The notes under the pieces are model-generated. The model saw only the letters and a program-made list of their open reading frames with translations, searched no databases and was not told where the DNA came from. Shown one piece after another: positions 49,831 through 63,374 of a stretch of DNA of 63,374 bases. The position numbers and the translations under genes were made by a program. How positions within the stretch are numbered: the stretch's first letter is position 1; each line of letters begins with the position of its first letter. This DNA comes from Octopus bimaculoides (Eukaryota), in assembly GCF_001194135.2 (NCBI RefSeq), contig NC_068993.1:6221428-6284801 (forward strand), written 5' to 3'.

Positions 49831-50679
49831 TATGCCACGACAATATCAGCGACACTATGGGCCTTACACTGACCAATAGCGGTCCAACATCCAGAAGCTA
49901 TACCGGACTTGTCTCATTCGGTCACCAGAAGCAAGACGGTCTGCTTAATGTGACTACTAAATTTTAAATTTCAAGGAGCCCTATCAAACTTAAATTTATA
50001 TATATATATATATATATATAATGTACTGTTCTGTTATATATGGGATTATGGAATCAACAAAAAAGTACTCCACCTAGCGAGAAATAAATTTCATTTAATA
50101 TACATGGGATTCAAATGCCTGCAGTTATTAGTTTTATATCTGAAAATATACAGCTCGCTATTGAAGCCTGTCCGACTATTGCACTTTTAGAGGCATGAAA
50201 CTAATAGTTACTCACATATAAGTGTGTTTATACATACATAAATACATACATAAATATGTTTATATATGTATATACACATACATGCATGCATACATACATA
50301 CGTACTTACAAACAGATGCATATATATGTACATCGATACATACGCAATAAAACTCATACTTTCGAACACAAATCCATATATAACATACCCAGAGATGTTA
50401 ATAATATATAAGAAATCAGTTAGCTTACAATTTTCTTTGCTTTTGCAAGCGAAAAGTCATGAATCTCCAAAGAATTGATTTTTAAGTATAATTATAAATT
50501 AACGAAATCGTAGAAATGTGTGAAAATAATGAGCATTCTGAAAATAGTAATGTTTCGTGATAATCAGATATAATTTGTTTAGGTTAGATGTTGTTAATCA
50601 TCTTTTTTTATTTATTAATTAGCGTAGTCTGGAGGAAAGAGCAGTGTCTCCGGCCTTCCTCGACTCTCACAGACCGGAG

Positions 50680-50935
50680 AGATTAATGAGCTGCAAACAG
50701 ATGTTATACAAGAAGAATCATGTGCAAGAAAGAAAATTTCAGAGGGGGGCTTCATTCTTGGTCATGATGGGATTAGAAGACACAATATAAACGACGTCAT
50801 GAAAAGACTCGGTTGAGTGCCAACAAATGTATATTCTGGTACGTTTGTTTAATGATTTGGTCTTTACTAATTCTCTAAATGCCACGAAGTTTTGGTTTCA
50901 CTGAGGAGGTTAAATAAAACCGAAACATGTCATAA
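50680..50935 (+). mobile_element. Possible Penelope-like element 3' remnant
   Basis: IQEESCARKKISEGGFILGH loosely resembles the GIY-YIG C-terminus (I.EA.EI...N.D.G..L), followed about 150 bp later by a minimal hammerhead motif. Confidence 0.35.
50901..50931 (+). ncRNA. Minimal type I hammerhead ribozyme core (Penelope-type)
   Basis: CTGAGGA-GGTT-AAATAA-AACC-GAAA-CAT-GTC; perfect stem II, palindromic ACATGT, GUC cleavage triplet; stem I does not pair. Confidence 0.62.
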
Positions 50936-51205
50936 GTTATCCCCCATATTTGTCTAAACAATTAAAAGAATATTAGTTAAAGATTAATTTTGAGTATTTT
51001 TTTCTTTATCGTCGTATAATTATGTCTCTCTTATTAGCCTGTTTATGTTCTCTAAATTGAATATGTTAAATCGTTTTAAGAAACTTATGTGACTTTTTAA
51101 ATATGAATTATAGTTAAACCGTAATGAATGAAAAATATTCTGGAATTTTGGGGAGCCACTATATATTATAAAGTATCGTGTATAAATTTCCCGATTATAA
51201 ATGTA

Positions 51206-51279
<74 letters not shown>

Positions 51280-51290
<11 letters not shown>

Positions 51291-51515
51291 CTTTGTTTTG
51301 GTGCTTGTCCACCACAACTGCTTAACAACCGGTGTCTGTTTGTTTACGTCCCCGTAACTAAGCGGTTCGGCAATGCAAAATCGATAGAACAAGTACCAGC
51401 TGATAAAAAAAATTGAATTACTGGGATCGATTCATTCGACCATAACCCTTCAAGGTGGTGCCCCTGTATGGCCGCAGTCTAATTACTAAAACAAGTAAAA
51501 AAAAAGTTAAAAGTT
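51280..51515 (+). mobile_element. SINE family B, 3' half
   Basis: CTTAACAACCGGTGTCTGTTTGTTTACGTCCCCGTAACTAAGCGGTTCGGC..GGTGGTGCCCCTGTATGGCCGCAGTC. Confidence 0.85.
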
Positions 51516-52389
51516 AAAAAGGAACGTCGCGAATGTGGGAATTATCTAGTTAGGGGAAAGGTTAAATTTATTGCTACAAAATCAAAAAAGTTTGTGGAGT
51601 TTTATTTCATTTCAAACGTATTTATAGAAGCGATTTTTGAAAATATTGCAAATCTACATGCAGATATTTTAATAATTAGCAGAATATCTATTAATATTTA
51701 TGAGGAAAGTGATAATATATGCAGTACGTTTTGTATATGTGTTCACATGAATGTAAATAATACGTGTGAAGGAAATATTAATATTTGCAGCGATATAGAT
51801 GAAACAAGAGCCAAAATATCAGAATTAATGCTATAAATATATGAATATGTGATGTAATTGTAGACAATTAAACACTGCTTAAATTTCACAAAAATGTAAA
51901 AGCATGTTTTCAAGACTACTTACAGCATCTCAAGTGGTGTTAGTTTGTATATGTTACGCTTAATATTCTTTTCATTTATTATTTTGCAGGTCTAGAGCGG
52001 TAGGTGGCCGAATCGTTAAGGTCACGAATGAAATACTATGCAAGCTTTCGTCGTGCTTTCCACAATATGAGTTCGAATTTCAACTACAACTTTCATAACT
52101 CCGGGACCAATAAAATATCTGTCATGTACGGGGAAACCATACTTCTACCAAATTTGAGGAATTTTAACTATGCTAAAAATTAATTATTTGCATTAATCTC
52201 AGACATTAGACTGCAGTCATGTTCGTGCACAATTTTCGAGGACGTCAGAAAGTATATGGATTCCAATACATCGGTAAATTCCTTTTTTATAATTCTATAG
52301 AATATTTTTGTTTGACACATCCTAACGCCAACACCAACTCACACACTTACAAATACATGTATGTATTATTACATATATGCATGATCATT

Positions 52390-52423
<34 letters not shown>

Positions 52424-52432
52424 TCTCTCATC

Positions 52433-52479
<47 letters not shown>

Positions 52480-52481
<2 letters not shown>

Positions 52482-52625
52482 CATTTATTTGTTTCAGTTA
52501 TTAGACTGTGGCCATGCTGGGGTGCCACTTTGACGGATTTCAGTGGAACAGATCTACTCGGGGACTTAATCTCTACGTCTGGTACGTATTCTATCGTTCT
52601 CTATTGCTGAACTGCTAATTTTAGC
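52480..52625 (-). mobile_element. SINE family B, 3' fragment
   Basis: TTTGTTTCAGTTATTAGACTGTGGCCATGCTGGGGTGCCAC..ATTCTATCG..GAACTGCTAA. Confidence 0.75.
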
Positions 52626-52701
52626 TGTGAAGACATATATGTGTGTGTGTGTTTACATGCACACATATACGCATACATTCTTATATATATATGTATATAT
52701 A

Positions 52702-52737
<36 letters not shown>

Positions 52738-53033
52738 TATATGTATATACGTATAAATGTAAAATATCTACACATATATGTATGTACATATATATATTTA
52801 TACAAAGACATATATATCTATTTGTGTGTTTATACATATATTTACGCACACGTTCATATACATATATCTGCGTATATATATATATATATATATATATATN
52901 NNNNNNNNNNNNNNNNNNNNNNNNNNNNNNNNNNNNNNNNNNNNNNNNNNNNNNNNNNNNNNNNNNNNNNNNNNNNNNNNNNNNNNNNNNNNNNNNNNNN
53001 NNNNNNNNNNNNNNNNNNNNNNNNNNNNNNNNN

Positions 53034-53098
<65 letters not shown>

Positions 53099-53520
53099 TG
53101 TAACTGAGTCTACATATTGTGTGTAAGTGAAATATTTGGAAAGGTCGGGGCTGAGAAATAGGCAGATGCAAAGAGAGGACGGGAGAAACTGGGATGGTTG
53201 CGACGACAACAACGATGATGAGGATGATGATGATGATGGTTGTGGTGGTGGTGGTGATGGTGGTGATAATGATGGTTGTGGTGGTGGTGCTGTTGTTGTT
53301 GTTGTTGATTGTGATGGTCGTGGTCTTAGTAGAGCTAAAAAAGGGGGGAGCAGATAAAAGGTAATCACAAAAATTGACAAAGAAACAAATCAGAGAGAGA
53401 GAGAGAGAGAGAGTTTGGGGGAAAAGATAAAGTAAGAGAGAGAGAGAAAGGAAGAGAGAAAGAGAGGGAGGAGGAAGAGTGAAAGAGAGACAGAGACAGA
53501 GACAGAGGAAGAGAAAAGGA
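53034..53520. repeat. (GA)n, (GAT/GGT/GTT)n and purine-rich low-complexity block
   Basis: Direct reading. Confidence 0.9.
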
Positions 53521-54809
53521 GTGAATTAATGTTTGTGCCTTGTTTGTGCGGAAGTCTGTGTGTGCCTATAATTATGTGTGTGCCTATGCAATCGCTTTTT
53601 GCGTATGTATGAGTACGTATGTTCCAGGTAAAGTGAAAGGCTGATCTTTTTTTGATAAGCTAAGCTGACAAGAAGTAGTTGCAATTAGTTGTTATTTCAT
53701 GTGTTATATATAAGTTACTGTTTTCATGACATTTGTTTCGTCAGTAAAAATGTATAGAAATTTAGATGTATTCAATGTCAAGCAGAGAATAATGACGTCT
53801 GTTAAATGTGAGGTGTGTATGTTATGTTGCTATTTCTGTAAGCGCTCTTATTTATGTCAGGCCTTTTTGAGAATGTGTGTGTATATGTGTATGTGCATGT
53901 ATGTAGGCGATATTTATAATACACGCTCAAATGTATATATACACACATATTCATAAATATATTTTTGTGAGTGGACGTGTGTATATATGTGCGCACGCGT
54001 GTGTGTGTGAAGCGTGTGTGCGTGTATGCTTGTCTCTGTATGTATGCGTGTAATAAATATCATAACACGCACATAAGCATAAAATTTCCACATATGCATA
54101 CTCTCATTTTATCTTGAAAATACAGTAGAGTTACATGTGTCTGTGGAGTACTCAGCCACTTACGCTACATTTAAACAAATAGGCGGTTAAGCTATCAAAT
54201 AGCTGACATGCTCATCGTCGAAACCGAAGGTAGATCTATTTAAATATTACATAAATGCTTATAGATTTTCCTATATTTCTAGATGTTCAGGATTTATTAA
54301 AAAAATTTTAACCAATCGTGAAAGAGCCGGTTTCCATCGCAAAAAAAAACAAGGCTCTTTCATTGAAAATTAGACAACATTCACCAAATAGTCACATAGC
54401 TAGTTATGTATCTGCACACGCTTGTATATGTACGAAACATACATGCCATTGCATAAATGAATCCGTAACTTATGTATATAACTATAATATCTATATATTT
54501 GTATGTATGTATATGTGTATATATATNNNNNNNNNNNNNNNNNNNNNNNNNNNNNNNNNNNNNNNNNNNNNNNNNNNNNNNNNNNNNNNNNNNNNNNNNN
54601 NNNNNNNNNNNNNNNNNNNNNNNNNNNNNNNNNNNNNNNNNNNNNNNNNNNNNNNNNNNNNNNNNNNNNNNNNNNNNNNNNNNNNNNNNNNNNNNNNNNN
54701 NNNNNNNNNNNNNNNNNNNNNNNNNNNNNNNNNNNNNNNNNNNNNNNNNNNNNNNNNNNNNNNNNNNNNNNNNNNNNNNNNNNNNNNNNNNNNNNNNNNN
54801 NNNNNNNNN

Positions 54810-54843
<34 letters not shown>

Positions 54844-55559
54844 ATATATACATCTATACATATGTATACACACACACACAGATATATATCTGAATGTTTG
54901 TGTGTTTGTCTATAAGTGTATATGCGTATGTTTATAATGTGCACACATTCATGTATTCGCATGCATGTCTATACAAGTGCATATATATATTTATATGTGT
55001 GTCTATACAAGCGTATACATATGTGCACATACCCATACATATATATGTGTGTATGTATATAGATGTGTTTGCGTATATATTCTGCGTATACTTACCTACA
55101 TGTTCAGATCTATGTCTATATGTGTGCATTTGTATTTATATATATATCTACGTATTTTCACGTATGCCTGTATAGATCTCTCTCTGTATTTTTCTATAGG
55201 CTAAACTCCTACAATGCTTTTACATATTTTACCATATTCTCCTTCGTGGCTTGTAATTATGTCTTAATTACCCGTACGTATCGTTTCTGCTTCTGTGATG
55301 CTCATCGTTTGAAGCCTGTGCTCGGTTAGTTATATAACAAAGCTCCCTACTAACCACAACTAAAAATCCGAAGTTGAACTCAGCGAGGCTTATGCAAATT
55401 TCTCATTAGTTCACTATAGACGTTCGCTTTCCCTTTTATCTGTAGCTTTTGATAACGACTTCTGGACAAGCGATTTCTATAACTGTACACCCTTTCTTCT
55501 CTCCATTACAAACCATTATGACTGGTCTTTAATCTTTTTTTGTTTTGTTTTGTTGCTTC

Positions 55560-55769
55560 TTTCACTCATAAGACTGCGGTCATACTGAGGCAATACCTTG
55601 AATGGTTTAGCTAAACAAATTGACCGCAGTGCTTAAAAGAAATGCTAAGTCTGGTATTTATTTTATCCATCTCTTCTACCAGACTGGTATGTTACGGGGA
55701 CGTAAGCAAACAAACAACGGTTGCCAAGTGATGGGAGGACAAGCACAAAGAGACGCACGCATGCACGGA

Positions 55770-55811
<42 letters not shown>
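55560..55811 (-). mobile_element. SINE family B, 3' half ending in (CA)n
   Basis: AGACTGCGGTCATACTG..ATGTTACGGGGACGTAAGCAAACAAACAACGGTTGCCAAG then (CA)n into a gap. Confidence 0.7.
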
Positions 55812-56419
55812 NNNNNNNNNNNNNNNNNNNNNNNNNNNNNNNNNNNNNNNNNNNNNNNNNNNNNNNNNNNNNNNNNNNNNNNNNNNNNNNNNNNNNNNNN
55901 NNNNNNNNNNNNNNNNNNNNNNNNNNNNNNNNNNTATATATATATATATGCCGTCAGTTCGAAAATGTACAGTCACCCAAACAGCCTGAATGTCCACTAA
56001 GCCGTGTCAAATCATCGGCGTGGAAACAGCCGCGCCCGATCGTCTCACTGCGTTACAAAGAGCTTTCTGAATTTTCAAAAAGCAGACAAAACAGTAATGC
56101 ATTCAAATGGTTCATAGACAAAGATATCGATGAGTTAGATAGTGTAATAGATTGAGCGAGACAGCTTGACAAATAAACAGATAACTAGACAGTTTCCTAG
56201 ACACTTCTATCAACTGAAAGTATCACCTGACAACACATGAATGATCTAAAATATAAAGTATCAAGATATTATCATTCATCATATCGTTCACTTAATAAAC
56301 AAATGTGTATAAAAACAAAATTAAATATATACAAAAAAATATGTGAAAATTAATAAAGCCATTTTCAATGTTTGCTTCTTTTTATTTCCTTATAATCGTA
56401 TTTAATATACAGTTGTATC

Positions 56420-56850
56420 TTTTGTTTGAGAGAACGGTCGATTAGATATACTCCTCAACAAGGGAAAGCCTCTACGTGGCTGCTCGACCTGGAGTAAATA
56501 GCAGCTAAAATTCCTTCGAATCACACGCTAGTATCTTAAAAGAAGAAAAACATACTGCATATGTGCTAGAATATACATTTTTAATTTCGACTAAAATAAT
56601 AACAACAAGCCTTTTATTTGACCTCTTATAGATACTTTTATAGACAGCCATAGCCTTATTGTTTTTAGAGAGAACGGTCAATTAGATATTGTCCAATATT
56701 TTACTGGTACTTTATTTATACAAAAGATCTTTATATGGTTGCTCGACTGCAGGAAACAGCAGCCAAATAGAACTCAAGTCACAAATTATGCGCTACTATC
56801 TTTAAAAACGAAAAATACATTGGATAATGTGTGCTGGTACGTAAAATGCC
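56420..56850. repeat. Diverged local duplication, 240-bp period, containing a family C repeat fragment
   Basis: GAGAGAACGGTC(G/A)ATTAGATAT at 56428 and 56668, each followed by GCTCGAC..AGCAGC(T/C)AAA. Confidence 0.75.
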
Positions 56851-57101
56851 TCACGAAAATAAAAGGAAGGTCACGACTGGAACAACTTTCATTAAAAGCA
56901 AAACCAATAACTACAATAACTGGCATTTCCTTTTTTCGACCCCTGAAGGAATAAAATGTAAAATTTGCTCAGTTAGAATTTGATCTCAGGTCGTTAAAAA
57001 TCATGAATACAGATCTCTAAGTATGGCACAATTCCTCACATTTTGGTAGGGATTATATTGATTCACGATTTACCACCATTCCTGACGAATCAATATAATT
57101 A

Positions 57102-57102
<1 letters not shown>

Positions 57103-57172
<70 letters not shown>
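57103..57172. repeat. (TAC)n microsatellite
   Basis: Direct reading. Confidence 0.97.
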
Positions 57173-57173
<1 letters not shown>

Positions 57174-58293
57174 ACACGCTTATCAATACACATAGAGTCG
57201 CACACACTAATACATAATGTATTCATATGTCAATAGCATGGATATGCAAATTAGGCTATCCATTACGGTGTTAGTTTAATCTATGACTGCTTTATGCAAA
57301 AGATTAATTTGATAAAGAAGTGACTCGAAGATACAACACTGACGATGTGTTCAAGCATTGTATCTGTAGGTATACCTATATATATATCTACAGTTCATAT
57401 TTATATATGTATGCATGTATGTATGCATATATATATATATANNNNNNNNNNNNNNNNNNNNNNNNNNNNNNNNNNNNNNNNNNNNNNNNNNNNNNNNNNN
57501 NNNNNNNNNNNNNNNNNNNNNNNNNNNNNNNNNNNNNNNNNNNNNNNNNNNNNNNNNNNNNNNNNNNNNNNNNNNNNNNNNNNNNNNNNNNNNNNNNNNN
57601 NNNNNNNNNNNNNNNNNNNNNNNNNNNNNNNNNNNNNNNNNNNNNNNNNNNNNNNNNNNNTGTGTGTGTGTGTGTGTGTGTGTATTATGTTATTTGACAA
57701 ATAAAACATTAAAATAGCTTTATCTAAAAATATGAAAGTCAGAATTTAATCATACAAATTTCTTAAACAAATTTCTTCTTCTATCCACATCATATCAAAA
57801 AAAAAAAAACACAGCTGCTCGTTATATATTGTATTTTATGTTATATATATAGATTTCTTTTTTATATTTTCTGTACTAATCTGCATGTACACTTTACTTC
57901 AAGAATTTTGTTAGCAAATAAAGACACGGACGTATAAGTATGGTAATAACTTATGAAAAATCGATATCTTTCTGCTAGTATATTTCATTCCAAAGACATT
58001 TGCGGTATCGTCGTGTCAAAATCGATAAAGAGTAAACCAAGTTTCCTCGACCTGGTTTGCATAATTAGTTAAAGCCTGTTTACTTGCACCGCTCTTATTT
58101 CGGAACGCAAGCATATCACGTGGTACTTCATACGTCTTATTTTTCCTCATATGTAATTATTGTAATGATAATATTATAATGAAATGCTTCTATATATAAT
58201 AATAATATATATTATCGCCTAGCTATTATATACTACTATACCGTATATACAATGATATTTTATATATGAAATTATATATTTGTATCAAATATA

Positions 58294-58423
58294 TGATGGG
58301 GGTAGTGAAAAGTTCTTTTAGAAGGCTTACGAAAACTGAAGGGCCGCTACAATAGAATCATAATTAACTGATCCTACTGTATTTTCTTTTACTCAAAGCC
58401 AGGAACTTTTTCAGCACCCCTCG
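58294..58423. mobile_element. 130-bp mariner-type MITE with TA target duplication
   Basis: Left TA-TGATGGGGGTAGTGAAAAGTTC; the right end reverse-complements to TA-CGAGGGGTGCTGAAAAAGTTCCTGGC. Confidence 0.8.
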
Positions 58424-58683
58424 TATATATATATTGGTTTCAAATTCTGGCACAGGGACATCAGTTCTTGAAAGGAAGAGAAATCGATTATATCGACGTT
58501 AGTACTAGGCTGGTACTTATTTTATCGAAGTATCTGAATTATTTATGAATTTTTAGTCAGCCTTAAGTATAATTGTATCCTATAAAATTATATATTTCTA
58601 TACATGTATTTTACCTAAAAGGGTTTTTTTTATATGCTGGCCGCTGATAAAATTCATTAATTTTAATGACTTTATCCTTTAAT

Positions 58684-58734
<51 letters not shown>

Positions 58735-58742
<8 letters not shown>

Positions 58743-58900
58743 CGGGCTCCTACGCAGTTTCCGTCTACGAAATCCACATAAAAAGTTTTGGTCGGCCGAG
58801 GGCTATGGCAGAAGACGCTTGTCCAAGATGAGGTCCTATGGGAATTAAACTCCGAACAACTTGGTTGCGAAGCGAGCTTCTTAACTACACAGCAATGTCA
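58735..58900 (-). mobile_element. SINE family B, 5' half
   Basis: GACGGGCTCC..TTTCCGTCTAC..TTGGTCGGCCGAGGGCTATGGCAGAAGACGCTTGTCCAAG, preceded by (TG)n. Confidence 0.8.
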
Positions 58901-59762
58901 CAAATGGTCCAGATAATTTATCAGAAGTTAAAATTTATTCGTATAAAAAGAACGGCTGTGTTTCCAAACAAATTATTTTAAGTAAATGAAATATAATTTT
59001 CGTTTGGGCATATATAATTTTGATGTTTAAGGAAACAAGCAACAGAAATTATTTCCAAATTTGAACTCGTGACACAGGGAACCGTAGTATTCCAGCCACA
59101 AACTCTAACGACATTACCAATTTGCTTTCAAAATTCCTGACCTTGTTCCATATATTCTTTTTTTTTTTTTGTATTTTGACAAGGATTTAATTCAAGGAAG
59201 ATTGAGTTATCATTTCTAGCAGATCTAGGATCCATGTAAAGGTTCGATGCTTAGATCGACATACAGATTTTAAAATAAAATTAGGAATCTCACGTGAAAT
59301 TTAGCCACATGTTAGCTTGTCACCCAGCCTCACATTCTCTCTGTCTCCCACCATTTCCTATCTTCTTTTATGAAATAATATATAGAACACAATTTACAAC
59401 CCGAAAATATTCCAAAAAGAAAAAAAGAGAAAGAAAATAACAAAGGAACACTCGAAGAAAGTTCTTCGTTTGTTAACACCTCCAGACATTCGTATAGAAA
59501 TCTCAAAGCCATGATGGTCTTCTTTGTATTTAAGAATCTCACGTAAAAATAACATGGAAAACGTATGAAACAAAGATTGGAATGTCTTCTCCTCCAGCGG
59601 CAAGAATTAGATTCGAGTTAGGATAATATTAAAAGAAAAAAAAGAACTAACGTTGGTTCTATTGTTATTGACTGTCTTTAATAAATTCTTTCATGGTTTT
59701 TATGTAGACATAAAAAGAAACTACAAAACTACATGTCGGTACGGATGTGGCTTTGTGTGTGT

Positions 59763-59806
<44 letters not shown>

Positions 59807-60051
59807 CAACGATTATGATATGATATATAAATATATATGAATATATATATGTCTGTCTGTATGTATGTATGTGTGTGCTTGTATATGTGTGCATGCGTGT
59901 ATATATGTTTATTTTTATATAACATAAATTCGTTTATTATATTTATATACATATTCATTGATATGCAAATATATTACCTTATGCATATATATATACACGT
60001 ACATATATATGCGTATGAACGTGTATGTGTGTGTCTGTGTGTGTGTCCATC

Positions 60052-60108
<57 letters not shown>

Positions 60109-60150
60109 NNNNNNNNNNNNNNNNNNNNNNNNNNNNNNNNNNNNNNNNNN

Positions 60151-60208
<58 letters not shown>

Positions 60209-60441
60209 TGTATGTAGGTATGCATCTGTCTATGTATACATATACACAAGCATGTATGTACATATACACACACACACATGCACAAACAAACAAACACACA
60301 CATACACAAACAAACACTTACACACGTATGTAAGTACCTTTTATAGTTTAGTTTATTTTAGCCATCGGGGCTGAGAGCATATAATTATGCATTTATTCAA
60401 ATTATATAATGATTATATTGCGTAATACACCCCACCAGGCG

Positions 60442-60497
<56 letters not shown>

Positions 60498-60594
60498 TTT
60501 TATGTGTGTCTGTGTGTGCATACAAGCACACACGTTTTATGTGTGACTGACAAATCGTCATTGCATTTCTGATACTATTTTAGTCCGTATATAA

Positions 60595-60634
<40 letters not shown>

Positions 60635-61157
60635 TATGTTTATGTGTGTGTATTCATACACACATACATATATAGGAAGAAGTTGTTTCCTGCGCATTTT
60701 GTATGTAATAGATATATTAATTATAGACTAAATACGAGAAAACGGAATATAGACGCTCACATACACGTACACATGTATATATGTGTGTATATATATACAT
60801 ATATCTATATATATATGTATATATATATATGTATATATATATATGTATGTGCATGTATATACATATATATATGCATATATATATATCCATACAAACATAT
60901 ATACATACACATATATATATATACACGACACTATATCGATGCCTCATTTTTCGGATGAACTTTCCCACGGCTATATATTTCACTATTGAATATTCATATC
61001 GATTATATATAACGACTGTCTGAACCTCACTTGCATGCCAACTTGATCTATAATACACCACTTTCTTCGGCTATTTTCAGATTATATCTCTCCGCATGTG
61101 ATTGAAGCGTTTATATCTCTTCTCATCTTACTCGTATACATACATATATACATATAT

Positions 61158-61194
<37 letters not shown>

Positions 61195-61574
61195 NNNNNN
61201 NNNNNNNNNNNNNNNNNNNNNNNNNNNNNNNNNNNNNNNNNNNNNNNNNNNNNNNNNNNNNNNNNNNNNNNNNNNNNNNNNNNNNNNNNNNNNNNNNNNN
61301 NNNNNNNNNNNNNNNNNNNNNNNNNNNNNNNNNNNNNNNNNNNNNNNNNNNNNNNNNNNNNNNNNNNNNNNNNNNNNNNNNNNNNNNNNNNNNNNNNNNN
61401 NNNNNNNNNNNNNNNNNNNNNATATATATATATATAACAGTATTTTTGTTTTCGAAGTGGAATGACCCTTCTGCTTTTATAGGAAATAGACAATTTATTG
61501 CATCCTATTCATAAACGTTTCGAGAATATTATCTTCATACATGCACGCGTACATTCAAACGCATGTATGTCTTC

Positions 61575-62060
61575 AGTACCATCGACATCGTTGTTTGGCA
61601 TCCGTCTTCCAAGCAGGCATGGTTTGGACGGCTCAAGAGAGTCTGAGGGCTGCTGTTCATCTCTAATGTATTCTATGTCACGATTCCTACGGTTGGATAT
61701 CTGTCTTAGCACGAATCATTTTACGGAGTTTGTTGGGAGCTTTTGTTTTCATGGCACCGGCACTAGTGAGGTCACCAAGTAACACGCAAGACAAAAAATG
61801 CAAAAAACAAATGCCGCCTCGGCTAAGAGGGGATTTATAAACGGGGCGCAGGTTTGTGCCGAGTGTTGAGAGGTAAAGTATGGTCGAGGAAGATGGAAAG
61901 AAGTCTTTGCTGTAGAGAAAATACATGGCTACCTCGTATTAGAGAAGTATTGGCGGGAAGAGCTGGGGACAAGCATGAAGACGGTAGTGATGAGGTATTA
62001 AATCGTACTTCCATGGCACATAGGTACAGAAGGGTAAGAATAAGAGAGGATTGTGACTAA
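61575..62060 (-). mobile_element. RTE-type LINE/SINE 3' tail
   Basis: Minus strand ..GGTGACCTCACTAGTGCCGGTGCCA..ATATCCAACCGTAG..CCGTCCAAACCATGCCTGCTTGGAAGACGGATGCCAAACAACGATG resembles the RTE 3' end I recall from cephalopod repeats; no ORF motif confirmed. Confidence 0.6.
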
Positions 62061-62192
62061 AAAGTATATTTATATATGTGTATGCATGTATGCATGTATA
62101 TACATATATTTATACATACGCAGATATATTTATACATGATAAGTGCTAATGCACGAAACTCTTGGTTGTTGAGTCACTCTGTTGCTTCTGCT

Positions 62193-62227
<35 letters not shown>

Positions 62228-62746
62228 NNNNNNNNNNNNNNNNNNNNNNNNNNNNNNNNNNNNNNNNNNNNNNNNNNNNNNNNNNNNNNNNNNNNNNNNN
62301 NNNNNNNNNNNNNNNNNNNNNNNNNNNNNNNNNNNNNNNNNNNNNNNNNNNNNNAAGGCTACCATTGGTTTCATGTTAAGAAAAATATCTTAATATCTAA
62401 CGGTTATATAAACTTATTCGTTTTTGCATTGTAAGAAGCTCACGGTCTTAATTATTTTGCTACAAAACAATTATCATTTTGTATTGTATGGAAATATGAA
62501 AACATCAGAAGTGAGATATGAAAAATATGAAAACTATTTCTACTCCAAAGATGTAAAAGTAAAAAAAAAATGGAAACAAAGAAACGAAAAGAAAATGACA
62601 ACCGAAGACTTCTAATATATAAAATTTCTTCCCAAAATATCTTCTATCGCTTTTATCCATTCGTTTCTCGTCTGAGAATAAATCTGTATTTAGCAAATGA
62701 AATAAATAAAATTCCCATCCCTATCTTTGAAAGGTCAGGTTTCGTG

Positions 62747-62781
<35 letters not shown>

Positions 62782-63301
62782 CATTTTTATGTTCCCTGTA
62801 ATAAATACGTTTATATAAGTATTTCGAAAGAAATCTTTCACAACCACAAGTTTACGCTTCGCATGAAATGAGTGCTTCGCCGTCATCATAGAAAAATATA
62901 AGACACTGGACTGAAGTGAAAAACTCTTACACAAAAGAATAAAACGTGATTACTTGTCGTTCTGTATTTGCTTAATCTTTGGTTTCGGCGTTTCTAACTT
63001 TGAGCACAAGGAAAGATCAAAATGTCAGACTGTCGATCAGCCAGAGCTATTTTCTTTCCTCGATAGAGATCTGGACCGGGTAGGAAGAATTTTTCTGTTT
63101 GCTTCGATGTCAGAAATAAATTACGGAATCGCTTATTTATTAAAATTTCGCTTATATAATCTTCGTCTTCTTCTTCTTCGCCTGGGATACACAGACTCGA
63201 GATAGAAGCATCACTGTTTGAATTGATTTATTAAAACTTACCTTACATCATCATCACATCATATACTTATATAAACGTATTTATTACAGGGAACATAAAG
63301 A

Positions 63302-63302
63302 T

Positions 63303-63374
<72 letters not shown>
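63302..63374. repeat. (TG)n microsatellite
   Basis: Direct reading. Confidence 0.97.

Noticed and set aside
55940-56155. About 70-codon open stretch after a gap
   Set aside because: No motif or splice boundaries; length is within chance expectation.
62954-63205. 83-aa ORF
   Set aside because: Non-ATG start, no recognisable domain and weak splice signals.

Overview
AT-rich eukaryotic draft-assembly DNA with about 25 N-gaps, dominated by di-, tri- and tetranucleotide microsatellites and tRNA-derived SINEs. The repeat families and microsatellite density resemble octopus/cephalopod genomes (inference, not verified). Nearly all listed ORFs are microsatellite or gap artefacts, and I cannot confidently assign any host protein-coding gene. 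Recognisable coding remnants are all transposable elements: an internally deleted Ty3/Gypsy element (gag + integrase + 3' LTR, ~19755-21855), a deleted mariner transposase with one TIR (26921-27330), three 3' fragments of a restriction-like-endonuclease (R4/Dong-type) LINE, CR1-like RT and 3' fragments, an RTE-type 3' tail and two mariner-type MITEs. The most notable unannotated signals are two hammerhead-ribozyme cores (41288, 50901) that share an AAATAA loop but have different, fully paired stem II sequences, plus a weaker third core (36947-36924, minus). There is also a perfect 31-bp-arm palindrome at 12188-12252. A few small splice-site-bounded candidate exons are reported at low confidence. 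Most SINE and LINE boundaries are approximate.
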